This document shows positions 29,957 through 39,406 of a stretch of DNA of 64,000 bases, in pieces. The notes under the pieces are model-generated. The model saw nothing but the letters and a program-made list of their open reading frames with translations. It made no database searches and was not told the DNA's origin. Every line of letters begins with the position of its first letter. Position 1 is the first letter of the stretch. This stretch comes from Acidimicrobiia bacterium (GTDB lineage Bacteria > Actinomycetota > Acidimicrobiia > Spongiisociales > JAHEDJ01), in NCBI GenBank assembly GCA_035471805.1, contig DATIPS010000019.1, forward strand, positions 145-64,144, given 5' to 3'. A program made the position numbers and the translations under genes.

Positions 29957-31415
29957 GCGCTGCGAGGAGGCCGGCTGCGTTTGGTGAGCCGTCGAGCAAC
30001 TCTTCCACGCGTTCCCTGCCTCCTCTCAAGGGTTCCATCATAGGCACCCGCTTGAGTGAACTTTCGCCGGTGTCGAACACCAGGGAGTCCCAGTTGGCGG
30101 CAACGAGCGCCTCGGGATACCGGGACACGCATTCGCCGCGAAAATAGGCTCTCGTCCCTTCGGGCGGCCGGCGCGTTGCCGTATCTACCTCTTCATCTGT
30201 GAATAGCCGTCTCAGAGCACCCCGCCGGACGAGGCGGTGGTAGATACCTCGATCCGGATCGATGTCGTGGAACTGGAGGTCGAGTGCCCGGAGTTTGGCG
30301 TCGCTCCAGTTGAGGCCGTCGCGTTCCCGCATCGCGTCGAGCACGCGGTACTTGGCCGACCAGTCGAGACGATCTGCCGTGGAGAGCGGGTCGCGTTCCA
30401 GGTCGTCCAGGATGCCACCCCACTCCGCCAGCAGGCGGTCGTGCTCTGTGCCGGACTGTTCGGCGTATTTGGTGAGCCATTCGCTGTACTGCCGCTGCAA
30501 CTCGAGCGCCGTCGCCGTGGTGCCGTCGGCCAGTTTCAACGGGAGCCGCATCTCCAGGTCGTGACTGACCTGCCAGCAGGCGTCGACGGGATCCTGCAGA
30601 GTGATGAAGTCCGGCAGCGCTCCATCCTCGACTGCTGCCAGGAACAAGGCCGTTGTGCCGACCTTGAGGAAGGTCTGCACTTCCGACATCGTCGCATCGC
30701 CGATGATCACGTGCAGGCGCCGGTACTTCGAGGGTGTTCCGTGCGGTTCGTCGCGCGTGTTGATGATGGGCCGCTTCAGGGTCGTTTCGAGGCCGACCTC
30801 CTCTTCGAAGAAGTCGGCCCTCTGCGTGACCTGGAAATCTGTGTGCGGCCGGCCGTTCTCGGATCCCAGTTTGCCGGAGCCGGTGAAGACCTGGCGGGTC
30901 ACCAGAAAGGTGGTCAGATGTTTGATCACCTCGCCGAACGGCAGTTGCCTGGCAAGGAGGTAGTTCTCGTGCGCTCCGTAGGAGTTGCCTTTGCCGTCAG
31001 AGTTGTTCTTGTAGAGCGCAACGACCTGTCCGGCGGGAACCAACGCCTGGGCACTGCGCCCGGCTCTCGCCATGACGACCTCACCGGCCTTGTCGTGTAG
31101 CGCAGCCTGGAGCGGGTCGAGGCATTCGGGCGTTGAATACTCGGGGTGGGCATGGTCCACATACAGGCGCGCACCGTTTGTCAGAACCACGTTGGGAATG
31201 CCGGCGTCGAGATCCGCCGGAGCTCGCGACTCGAACCCGAAGCCGCGTGCATCCCGGCCCGGCGACTCTTCCTCGAAAGACCACTTCACCCGTGCGGAAC
31301 GGCCCTGATAGGCGTTTATGACGAGGCCTGATGCGACGGCAGGATTGAAGTTGGGCTGGTTCCTGACCGTTATCCCGAACTCGGTTTCGGTCCCTATGAC
31401 CTTTGGTAACGCCAC
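29892..31415 (-). CDS. dop: Pup deamidase/depupylase Dop
   Basis: ALPKVIGTETEFGI N-terminus, PafA/Dop ligase fold. GTG start at 31413-31415 overlapping mpa TAG stop by 1 nt. Confidence 0.9.
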   Translation of the reverse strand: MALPKVIGTETEFGITVRNQPNFNPAVASGLVINAYQGRSARVKWSFEEESPGRDARGFGFESRAPADLDAGIPNVVLTNGARLYVDHAHPEYSTPECLDPLQAALHDKAGEVVMARAGRSAQALVPAGQVVALYKNNSDGKGNSYGAHENYLLARQLPFGEVIKHLTTFLVTRQVFTGSGKLGSENGRPHTDFQVTQRADFFEEEVGLETTLKRPIINTRDEPHGTPSKYRRLHVIIGDATMSEVQTFLKVGTTALFLAAVEDGALPDFITLQDPVDACWQVSHDLEMRLPLKLADGTTATALELQRQYSEWLTKYAEQSGTEHDRLLAEWGGILDDLERDPLSTADRLDWSAKYRVLDAMRERDGLNWSDAKLRALDLQFHDIDPDRGIYHRLVRRGALRRLFTDEEVDTATRRPPEGTRAYFRGECVSRYPEALVAANWDSLVFDTGESSLKRVPMMEPLRGGRERVEELLDGSPNAAGLLAALGGSDGRAGTEEATDTGREDV

Positions 31416-33145
31416 TACAGATACTGGCCGGTGGTGGTCGTCTCGATCGTCTTCGACTGGGACTCACCTTCGATCAAGGTCCGCACATAGACGATCCGCT
31501 CGCCCTTCTTGCCGGAGATCTTCGCCCAGTCGTCGGGGTTCGTCGTATTCGGGAGATCCTCGTGCTCCCGGAACTCCTGTTTGATCGCAGCCAGCAAATC
31601 GGTGGTTCGAATACCCACCTCGCCGGTCTCGATCTCTCGCTTGATTGCGTCCTTCTTCGCCCGCCTCACGATGTTCTCGATCATTGCGCCGCTGGAGAAG
31701 TCCTTGAAGAAGAGGATCTCACGGTCACCGTTGGCATAGGTGACCTCGAGGAACCGGTTCTCATCACCCTCGCCGTACATGCGCTCAACGGTCTGTTTGA
31801 TCATGTCCCCGATCATCTCCGCCGCTTCATCCTCGTGCGCAATGAGTTCACCGGGATCGAGGGGCAAAGCGGGGGTGAGGTATATCCGGAAGATCTCCCT
31901 GGCTGCCTCTTCGTCTGGTCGATTGATCTTGATCTTCACGTCGAGCCGACCGGGTCGCAGGATGGCCGGATCGATCAAGTCCTCCCGATTCGAGGCTCCG
32001 ATGACTATCACGTTCTTCAGGCTCTCCACACCGTCGAGTTCGGAGAGCAGTTGGGGAACGATCGTGGACTCCACGTCCGACGAGACGCCCGTGCCGCGTG
32101 TTCGAAACAGTGAGTCCATCTCATCGAAGAAGACGATGACGGGTACCCCCTCGTCCGACTTCTCCTTGGCCCGCTGGAAAATCAGCCGGATCTGGCGTTC
32201 GGTCTCGCCGACGTACTTGTTGAGCAGTTCGGGGCCCTTGATGTTCAGGAAGTACGACCTCGCGTCGTCCCGGCCCATCCGTTTCGCAACGGCCTTGGCG
32301 AGGCTGTTGGCCACAGCTTTCGCTATCAGCGTCTTGCCGCAGCCGGGTGGGCCGTAGAGCAGAACGCCTTTCGGCGCCTCGAGATCGTATTTGTCGAAGA
32401 GACTCTTGTGGACGTAGGGAAGCTCGACGGCATCCCGTATCGTCTCGATTTGATCTCTCAGTCCCCCGACCATCTCGTAGGTGATGTCGGGCACTTCTTC
32501 GAGGACGAGCTCCTCGACCTCCGGCCGAGCCAGTTTCTCGTGCACGAGGCCGGCCTTGCCGTCTATGCGCACATGATCGCCCGCACGCAGAAACTGGTCG
32601 CGCATCGGTTCGGCGATCTCCACCACTCTCTCCTCATCGCCATGACCCACGACGATCACCCGGTGCTCGTCGAGCCGCTCCTTGACGGTGGCGATTTCAC
32701 CGGTCGGGTCGAAATGCCTGACGTCGACCACGTTGAACGACTCGTTGAGGAGCACTTCCTGGCCACGCTGAAGTTGCTTGACCTCGATCGCCGGCTGGGC
32801 ATTCACCCGCATCTTGCGTCCGGCGGTCAGCAAGTCAACCGTGCCGTCGTCATTCACATTGAGGACCGTTCCGAAAGGGTTAGGAGGTGTAGTCAGCTTC
32901 TCGACCTCGTCCCGCAACAGCGACAATTGCTCGCGAGCTTCTTCGAGCACGGCGGTGAGGCGTTCGTTCTGTTCGGCAGCTCTGCGGATCTGTGCCTTCT
33001 GCTCGACCAGCCGCTCTTCGAGAATTCGGACGTGCTTGGGAGCATCCAGGAGTCGAGCGCGAAGGGTTCCTATCTCAGCTTCGAGCTCTGCGACTTTGTC
33101 GAGAAGATCTCTGATGTGACCCGGGTCCCGGGGTTCTTGCGTCAT
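31415..33145 (-). CDS. mpa: proteasome-associated AAA ATPase Mpa/ARC
   Basis: Coiled-coil N-terminus, OB region, Walker A GPPGCGKT, Walker [12 protein letters not shown]-terminal GQYL proteasome-docking motif. ATG verified at 33143-33145 with GAGAGGTGG Shine-Dalgarno. 191 upstream codons of track ORF rejected. Confidence 0.9.
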   Translation of the reverse strand: MTQEPRDPGHIRDLLDKVAELEAEIGTLRARLLDAPKHVRILEERLVEQKAQIRRAAEQNERLTAVLEEAREQLSLLRDEVEKLTTPPNPFGTVLNVNDDGTVDLLTAGRKMRVNAQPAIEVKQLQRGQEVLLNESFNVVDVRHFDPTGEIATVKERLDEHRVIVVGHGDEERVVEIAEPMRDQFLRAGDHVRIDGKAGLVHEKLARPEVEELVLEEVPDITYEMVGGLRDQIETIRDAVELPYVHKSLFDKYDLEAPKGVLLYGPPGCGKTLIAKAVANSLAKAVAKRMGRDDARSYFLNIKGPELLNKYVGETERQIRLIFQRAKEKSDEGVPVIVFFDEMDSLFRTRGTGVSSDVESTIVPQLLSELDGVESLKNVIVIGASNREDLIDPAILRPGRLDVKIKINRPDEEAAREIFRIYLTPALPLDPGELIAHEDEAAEMIGDMIKQTVERMYGEGDENRFLEVTYANGDREILFFKDFSSGAMIENIVRRAKKDAIKREIETGEVGIRTTDLLAAIKQEFREHEDLPNTTNPDDWAKISGKKGERIVYVRTLIEGESQSKTIETTTTGQYL

Positions 33146-33268
33146 CGTCCACCTCTCTTTGCAGTATACGGATGCCCCCACTTTGTAAAAGGGACTGGTT
33201 GGTGTTCCGCTACTGGGGAGCCGTGTTGTAGGATGACGCTTCGCAAAACACCGAACCAGGAGTTCGAC

Positions 33269-33514
33269 ATGAAGGTGTGGATCGATCAGGATCTCTGCAC
33301 AGGAGACGGTCTCTGCGAGGAGATCGCCCCCGATGTATTCGTAATGCTCGATGACGGCCTCGCCTATGTGCGCGAGGGCGAGAAGATTTTTGCTGCCGAA
33401 GCCGGAAACCCGCAAGGAGCCGACGGGCTCGCTGTGGTGCCGGAAGGCCAGGAGGATGTGACCGTTGAGTCCGCCGAGGAGTGCCCCGGCGAATGTATCT
33501 TCATCGAGCCGTAG
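33269..33514 (+). CDS. small ferredoxin (single-cluster, Cys-x5-Cys...CP type)
   Basis: 82 aa: [24 protein letters not shown]...[17 protein letters not shown] Shine-Dalgarno 8 nt upstream of ATG 33269. Divergent from mpa. Confidence 0.75.
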   Translation: MKVWIDQDLCTGDGLCEEIAPDVFVMLDDGLAYVREGEKIFAAEAGNPQGADGLAVVPEGQEDVTVESAEECPGECIFIEP

Positions 33515-34364
33515 GCTCTTGACCTTCTGCCGAGCCTGATACCGAATCGGAGTCCTCGGACTCCGATTCTTCTCGGTTTCTCCCGGGCGCGACCTTTCTC
33601 GCCACACAGATGAAGCCGGTATGCCCGACCATTTGATGGTCCGGGCGAACGGACCTTCCCTGAACGTTCCATGTGCGAAGTAGGGCTTCGAACGCCAGCA
33701 CATCCTCGAAGCAGCCACTCATCCGAAGCGATTCAACCGTCTGCTGGAGCTGCGGGACCGTCGGCACATAGGCGCAGAACACCCCTCCCCCGCCCAGTCC
33801 ACGCGTAGCCGGCTCGACACTGTGCCACGGTTCCGGAACATCCAGCACGATGCGATCCGGTCGAACCTCGAGTATCTGCTCCTCAACCTCCCCGACCCGT
33901 AAGTCCAGGTTGTCTGGGATTCCCCCGAGCCAGCGGCTGATGGTCTTCTTGGCGTGGTCGGCGTGGTCATCACGTCGCTCGACGCTCACGACCCTGCCGG
34001 TCGAGCCAACCGCTCTCAGAAGCCCCAGAGTCAGGGCTCCAGAACCGGTCCCCGCCTCGAGAACGACCGAACCGGGTGCAATGTCCGCATAGACCAGGAT
34101 CGGGCCCAGGTCCTTCGGGTAAACCACCTGGGCGCCCCTTCGCATCTTGAGGACGTAGTCCGACAGTCGCGGCCGAAGCACGACGAACTCCGCGCCGCCG
34201 GTCGACGAGACACGCGATCCGTCTTCGATCCCGATCAGGTCGTTGTGGTCGATGACGCCGTGATGGGTGTGAAAGGCTCCGCCTTCTTGCAGACGCAACA
34301 GAAAGCGGCGCTTCTTACCATCGATCAGGAGACACTGATCGCCGGCCCTGAATAGTTCCGTCAT
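33501..34364 (-). CDS. trmI: tRNA (adenine58-N1)-methyltransferase TrmI
   Basis: SAM-MTase motif [15 protein letters not shown], TrmI/Gcd14 family, as Rv2118c. ATG at 34362-34364 overlaps ttuA stop (ATGA). Confidence 0.8.
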   Translation of the reverse strand: MTELFRAGDQCLLIDGKKRRFLLRLQEGGAFHTHHGVIDHNDLIGIEDGSRVSSTGGAEFVVLRPRLSDYVLKMRRGAQVVYPKDLGPILVYADIAPGSVVLEAGTGSGALTLGLLRAVGSTGRVVSVERRDDHADHAKKTISRWLGGIPDNLDLRVGEVEEQILEVRPDRIVLDVPEPWHSVEPATRGLGGGGVFCAYVPTVPQLQQTVESLRMSGCFEDVLAFEALLRTWNVQGRSVRPDHQMVGHTGFICVARKVAPGRNREESESEDSDSVSGSAEGQEPTAR

Positions 34365-35275
34365 TGGCCCTCTCCGGTCGGCCTCGCCGCACGGTCCTGG
34401 AGTTTGCAGAACGCGCACACGTCACCGGTGGTCGGTGATCCGCACACGCTACAGGCTGTGAGCTCCGGCCGTGGGCCTTCATTGAAGATCGGTGAGCCGC
34501 GCTCGAGGAAGCCGAATAGAAACCGCTGTTTGAATCCCGGGGTGTGCTGCTCCATGGCATTCAACTCTTCCTTGATCCGGTTCAGGGTGTTCCCGTGGGC
34601 CATCGGGCACTCGTCTATCTCATAGTCGATGCCGCGAATCACCGCATAGGCGGCCGTCTCCCGTTCGGCGACTCTGATCAGCGGCTTCACTTTGCGAGCC
34701 AGTCCCGAGTCGGTCTCGACCAGCACCGGGTGCTGACGGGCCAGGTAGTCGATGTTCCAAACGGCGACGTTGCTGAAGAGGGTGGCCGCTTCATCGTCCA
34801 GGTTGTGGCCCATGACCAGGACGTTGTATCCGTCCCTGCGTGCGATGGAGTTCAACACGTACCTCTTGGAAAGACCGCAGGCGGAACAAGCCGTGCGACT
34901 GGACGAAGCGGTCGCGGCCGGAATGTCGAAGCCGAACTCCTCTCGAAGATCGATCTCGGCCAGGTTGAGGCCACGCTGATCGGCAAACCTCCTGGAATAG
35001 TTGGCCGATTCGGCGCTGTAGGCCCCGATTCCCAGTTCCAGGTTCACGCCGTCCACCGCGTACCCGAGGTCGGTGAGGATCTCCCACAGCGCCAGGCTGT
35101 CTTTCCCGCCCGATACGCCGAGCAGAAGCCGATCTTCGGCGCCGAACATCTCGAAGTCGTCGATGGTCCGCTGCACCTGGCGGTGCACGTGCTCCACGAA
35201 ATGCTCACCGCAGAACGCTGCATTGTGGCGGCGGACTTCTATCGCTGCCCGACCCCGACAAACTCGGCAGCGCAT
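34361..35275 (-). CDS. ttuA: tRNA 2-thiolation PP-loop ATPase, TtuA/TtcA family (TtuA-like)
   Basis: N-terminal Zn finger CRVC...CGEH, PP-loop SGGKDS, putative Fe-S ligands CSAC at 130/133 and ECPMAHGN Cys at 222 (same numbering as Thermus TtuA), C-terminal CSVC...CAFC Zn finger. Confidence 0.8.
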   Translation of the reverse strand: MRCRVCRGRAAIEVRRHNAAFCGEHFVEHVHRQVQRTIDDFEMFGAEDRLLLGVSGGKDSLALWEILTDLGYAVDGVNLELGIGAYSAESANYSRRFADQRGLNLAEIDLREEFGFDIPAATASSSRTACSACGLSKRYVLNSIARRDGYNVLVMGHNLDDEAATLFSNVAVWNIDYLARQHPVLVETDSGLARKVKPLIRVAERETAAYAVIRGIDYEIDECPMAHGNTLNRIKEELNAMEQHTPGFKQRFLFGFLERGSPIFNEGPRPELTACSVCGSPTTGDVCAFCKLQDRAARPTGEGQ

Positions 35276-35278
35276 GCC

Positions 35279-35473
35279 TCAGCCGCCGGAGATGACGGGC
35301 CGAAGCTCGATCTCATCGGCATCATCGAGACGATCGGTTGACAACAGGAGTTCGCTCTGGCGGATCACCAGAACCGACTCGGGAAGAATGGACAGCTTCT
35401 CGAGCAACTGCCCGACGGTCAGCGGTCCCTGAAGCTCTTCTTCTCGCCGGGGGTGGCGAAGAAGCACCTTCAT
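35279..35473 (-). CDS. ttuB: ThiS/MoaD-like ubiquitin-fold sulfur carrier ending Gly-Gly (TtuB-like)
   Basis: 64 aa ending ...IELRPVISGG. Stop is 3 nt upstream of ttuA ATG. Confidence 0.7.
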   Translation of the reverse strand: MKVLLRHPRREEELQGPLTVGQLLEKLSILPESVLVIRQSELLLSTDRLDDADEIELRPVISGG

Positions 35474-35649
35474 GACAAGACGGAGAGAGCGGCCACCACC
35501 ATTGTGAGAACCATGCCGATCACCACGACGATGACGACTGTTCTGATGAATCGTTGATTTCGCATGGACGGGTGAGTTTAGGTCGTATGCGGTCGTTCGT
35601 CGTCTGCGGATTGCGATTTGGGTCCGGCAGATTGCTAGCTTCAGGATCG

Positions 35650-35877
35650 ATGAACCCGTTCACTTCCTTGAATCCACTGTCTGCAGGATTGACCAGGGCG
35701 TTTCGCGGTCTTCGTACGGGTGACCCGCAACTGATCCTGATGGGCGCCGCTTTGCTGGCGTATGCGTGGCTGCACAACCGGCCAACCGGCAAAGAGTTGA
35801 TCTACAGGCGCAAGCTGAAGGCTGGAGAAGGAGTGCAGGTCAGGTTGAGGCAACCGGATGGAACTCAGACCCGGTAG
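35650..35877 (+). CDS. small hypothetical membrane protein (uncertain)
   Basis: ATG at 35650 (MNPFTSLNPLSAGL...) with one predicted TM (LILMGAALLAYAWL). No recognisable family. Confidence 0.25.
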   Translation: MNPFTSLNPLSAGLTRAFRGLRTGDPQLILMGAALLAYAWLHNRPTGKELIYRRKLKAGEGVQVRLRQPDGTQTR

Positions 35878-36056
35878 ACCTCAACGACGGCCTTGCCTTC
35901 TTTGCCCTTGCGGCGGCCGAATATGAAGGCGAACGCGACGATCGCGACAACGCCGACTGCCAGCCAGACGGCACTCGTCTTGGCGGCTTGCTTGGTCTCC
36001 TGAAGAGCGTCCTCGATCTGTTTCGCTTTCGCTTCGATGTCTGCGCGCGTAACCAT
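35865..36056 (-). CDS. small membrane protein, DUF3618-like partner of holin-X
   Basis: MVTRADIEAKAKQIEDALQETKQAAK... with C-terminal TM. ATG at 36054-36056 overlaps holin stop (ATGA). Confidence 0.45.
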   Translation of the reverse strand: MVTRADIEAKAKQIEDALQETKQAAKTSAVWLAVGVVAIVAFAFIFGRRKGKEGKAVVEVYRV

Positions 36057-36349
36057 CAGCGTGTAGCCCTCCAGATGATCAGACCGGCACTTCCTGCCAG
36101 GAGCAGGGTGGAAATGAAATAGGCGAGCGATTTCCACAGATCGCCCTCGGGCAGGATCATCACGAGCACCAATGCGAGTGCGACGCCGAGAAAGACGGCA
36201 CCGAAGGCAAACAGTATCCCGGCCCCGATGCCCATGCCGGCCACGCGTCCGAGTCGTTTAGCCGGCTCGACGGTCTCCTGCATGATGTACTGCTTGGACA
36301 GATCTGTCAGTTCGGTGACCAGTTGTGGTAGTTCTTTTGCGCTGCTCAT
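36056..36349 (-). CDS. phage-holin-family protein (actinobacterial Holin-X type)
   Basis: 97 aa, two TM helices (GMGIGAGILFAFGAVFLGVALALVLVMIL; FISTLLLAGSAGLIIW), charged N-terminus. Confidence 0.5.
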   Translation of the reverse strand: MSSAKELPQLVTELTDLSKQYIMQETVEPAKRLGRVAGMGIGAGILFAFGAVFLGVALALVLVMILPEGDLWKSLAYFISTLLLAGSAGLIIWRATR

Positions 36350-36466
36350 CTCGAGATCAGGCTACTCCTTCGATCGGGCCTGAGGGGAATCCGCAGAGTC
36401 TCCACGGTTCGGGCGGCGGGAAGGCGCCCACAAGCCGGACCCGGACCGTCTACCCTGCCACCTCGC

Positions 36467-37741
36467 ATGCGCGGAGAGATCTGGCTTCAACGACCTCGCC
36501 CGGGCCGGGGTCGGCATCGGGCCGTTACCGGTCTCGGTGCGCGATTTCACCTGGTGTGGGCAGGTCAGGCGATCTCGCAGCTCGGAGATTACGTCGCCTA
36601 CTTCACCATCCCGGCCTTCGTCAGGTACGTCATCACCGACCAGCCGTCCGACTTCGGACTGATCTATGCGGCCGAGAGCCTGCCGACGTTCCTGGTGGGA
36701 GTATTCGCCGGGGTGCTCCTCGATCGCCTGCGGCTCCGCCCGGTGATGATCGTGGCGGACCTGGTCAGAGCGGGAGCGTTCCTCGTGCTTGCCCGGATCG
36801 CCGCCGGCGCTTCGCCCGGCCTGTCGGCGGTTCTGGCCATCTCGTTTCTGGTCGGCACCTTCGCCGCAACCTTCACGAGTGCCCTGTTCTCCTTTCTCCC
36901 CGTGATCGTCAAGCCGGAACAGCTGGGTATCGCCAATGCCAGGGTCGCGCTGGTTCAGCAAGTCGCTTTCGTCGTGGGTCCGGCAGTCGGCGGCTTGATC
37001 GTCAGTTTCTGGGACTACACGACGGCTTTTGCCCTGAACTCGCTTACCTTCCTCGTCTCTGCCGTTTCGATCCTGGCCGTTGGTCCTGCCGCACGGGAGA
37101 GGAAGGCCGGCCGCGCCGGTTACCTGGCCGAGGCACGGGAAGGCTTCACGTACCTGTGGGAGGAGCGCCGGTTGCGTCTGCTGACGGCTGCGGGCGCGAT
37201 ATCCAACTTCGTGGTCGGTTTTCTCGAGTCCACCATCGTGTTGATCGGTGCAGACATCTTCGGAATCGTCGAGACAGACGAGCTGAGTCTCCTATACGTG
37301 GCCAGCGGTGTCGGAGGGATTCTGGGGGCGGTCTCGGCAGGCAGCGTCGGCAAACTGTTGGGCCTCGGTCGAACGCTCGTCGTCGGAATGATCGTCTTTG
37401 GATCCGGATTCACGCTCTTGACCTTCATGGACGCGCAGTGGCAGGTCCTGACGGTCATGACTGTGACGTTTCTCGGGCTCACGTGGATCAATGTTCCGCT
37501 AATCACCATGCGGCAGCTCTATACCCCCGACCGGCTGCTCGGACGCGTCACCTCAGCCTCTCGAGCGTTGATGTGGAGCACCCTGCCGATCGGCTCGCTC
37601 ATCGGTACCCGGATTGCCGACTTCTTCGGGATCGAGACCATCGCCAGAATCGAACCCCTGTTCATCATCGCTTTCGGCCTCTACCTGATCTGGACGCCGA
37701 TCTGGACCGCCACTGCAGAAAGAGCCGCTGCCGACTCCTGA
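36467..37741 (+). CDS. MFS transporter
   Basis: 12 predicted TM helices. MFS_3-like start LVWAGQAISQLGDYVAYF. True start may be slightly downstream of 36467. Confidence 0.75.
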   Translation: MRGEIWLQRPRPGRGRHRAVTGLGARFHLVWAGQAISQLGDYVAYFTIPAFVRYVITDQPSDFGLIYAAESLPTFLVGVFAGVLLDRLRLRPVMIVADLVRAGAFLVLARIAAGASPGLSAVLAISFLVGTFAATFTSALFSFLPVIVKPEQLGIANARVALVQQVAFVVGPAVGGLIVSFWDYTTAFALNSLTFLVSAVSILAVGPAARERKAGRAGYLAEAREGFTYLWEERRLRLLTAAGAISNFVVGFLESTIVLIGADIFGIVETDELSLLYVASGVGGILGAVSAGSVGKLLGLGRTLVVGMIVFGSGFTLLTFMDAQWQVLTVMTVTFLGLTWINVPLITMRQLYTPDRLLGRVTSASRALMWSTLPIGSLIGTRIADFFGIETIARIEPLFIIAFGLYLIWTPIWTATAERAAADS

Positions 37742-37791
37742 AGGGTTCCGACCCTCGGGTAGCCTGGACCTGGAACTCGAGGAGGCCTGCC

Positions 37792-39405
37792 TTGACCCAC
37801 GAAGTGTTCAATCAACCTCCGCCCCTGGTCGACTACAACCTCTTCCTGAGCGACCGGACCGTCGTCGACCATCTGCACCGATATCCGGTCGGATGGGCTT
37901 CAGAGCTCTTCGCCGAGTTCGGTGGGAGAATCGGATCGTCGGAGGTGCTCACGTGGGGATTCGACTCGAACCGCTATCCGCCGGTGCTGCAGACGCACGA
38001 CCCGAACGGACATCGAATCGACGAAGTCGATTTCCACCCCTCGTATCACTCGTTGATGACTCTCTCCATGCAGTACGGATTGCATTCGTTGCCCTGGGAA
38101 AACGAGGCAGGTGCATACGTGGCCAGGGCGGCGCTCTTCTTCCTGATGGCCCAGGTGGAAGCCGGTCATGGATGCCCGATATCGATGACGACGTCCGTCG
38201 TGCCCAGTCTTCGCAGACAGCCGGACCTCGCGGCCGTCTGGGAGCGGCGGATCACCAGGACGTACGATCCGTCCGTTCGTCCCGCCGAGCTCAAGACCGG
38301 CGTGACGTTCGGAATGGCCCTGACCGAGAAACAGGGCGGCTCCGACGTCAGGTCCAACACCTCGCGCGCCGCCGAGATGTCGGACGGGAGCTACAACGTC
38401 ACCGGCCACAAATGGTTCTGTTCGGCCCCGATGTCGGATGCCTTTCTCGTGCTGGCGCAGGCACCCGGTGGACTCACCTGCTTTCTCATGCCTCGCTGGA
38501 AGCCGGACGGCAGCCGCAACGAGATCGCCATTCAGCGCCTCAAGGACAAACTGGGCAATCGCTCGAACGCCTCCAGTGAAATAGAGTTCCGCGACGCCTT
38601 CGCGCAACGGGTTGGAGACGAAGGCGACGGAGTGAGGGTCATCGTGGAGATGATCAACCACACTCGACTCGATTGTGTGCTCGGGTCTGCGGGCCTCATG
38701 CGCCAGGCAGTGGCCCAGGCGACGCACCACGCCACCCATCGGACCGCGTTCGGAAACGTCCTCGCCGACCAACCCGCCATGCAGAACGTCCTGTCCGATC
38801 TGGCACTCGAATCGGAAGCAGCGACGGCTTTGATGCTGCGCATCGCCCATTCGTTCGATTCGAAGAACGACGCCGGTGAGGAGTTGTTCCGGCGCCTGGC
38901 CACACCCGTCGCCAAATACTGGGTGACCAAACGCACACCGGGTCTCGTCTACGAGGCTCTCGAATGTCTGGGTGGCAACGGCTACGTCGAGGAATCCATG
39001 ATGCCGCGCCTGTTCCGGGAGAGCCCGGTCAACGCCGTCTGGGAAGGTTCGGGCAACGTCATAGCTCTCGATGTCCTGCGAGCGCTGGAAAAGAGCCCGG
39101 AAACGGCCGAGGTGTTTCTCCTCGAGGTGGGCCGGGCACGGGGAGCAGATGCCGGACTCGACCGTGCACTCGACGACCTCGGGACGGCGCTGCGAACCAC
39201 TCCGTCTGAGTCCCGTGCCAGGTACTTGGTGGAGTCGATGGCACTTGCCCTGCAGGCGTCTCTCCTGGCAAGGCACGCTCCCAATGAGGTCGCAGACGCA
39301 TTCATAGGGTCGAGACTGGCCGGTGGACTCAGCGGACTCTACGGCAGTCTTCCGGCCGCCGCCGCTTTCCGGCCCATCATCGACAGGGCCCGCCCGAGCG
39401 TCTGA
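37792..39405 (+). CDS. acyl-CoA dehydrogenase family protein (AidB-like)
   Basis: ACAD N/middle/C domains (GMALTEKQGGSDV, YKWFCSAP, ...GGNGYVEESMMPRLFRESPVNAVWEGSGNV). TTG start at 37792 preceded by GGAGG. Rest of track ORF 36325..39405 is an out-of-frame artefact over the MFS gene. Confidence 0.75.
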   Translation: MTHEVFNQPPPLVDYNLFLSDRTVVDHLHRYPVGWASELFAEFGGRIGSSEVLTWGFDSNRYPPVLQTHDPNGHRIDEVDFHPSYHSLMTLSMQYGLHSLPWENEAGAYVARAALFFLMAQVEAGHGCPISMTTSVVPSLRRQPDLAAVWERRITRTYDPSVRPAELKTGVTFGMALTEKQGGSDVRSNTSRAAEMSDGSYNVTGHKWFCSAPMSDAFLVLAQAPGGLTCFLMPRWKPDGSRNEIAIQRLKDKLGNRSNASSEIEFRDAFAQRVGDEGDGVRVIVEMINHTRLDCVLGSAGLMRQAVAQATHHATHRTAFGNVLADQPAMQNVLSDLALESEAATALMLRIAHSFDSKNDAGEELFRRLATPVAKYWVTKRTPGLVYEALECLGGNGYVEESMMPRLFRESPVNAVWEGSGNVIALDVLRALEKSPETAEVFLLEVGRARGADAGLDRALDDLGTALRTTPSESRARYLVESMALALQASLLARHAPNEVADAFIGSRLAGGLSGLYGSLPAAAAFRPIIDRARPSV

Positions 39406-39406
39406 G

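Noticed and set aside
36325-37791. First ~490 codons of the 1026-aa track ORF 36325..39405
   Set aside because: Out of frame over the MFS transporter gene, Arg/Pro-rich. Only the part from the TTG at 37792 matches acyl-CoA dehydrogenase.
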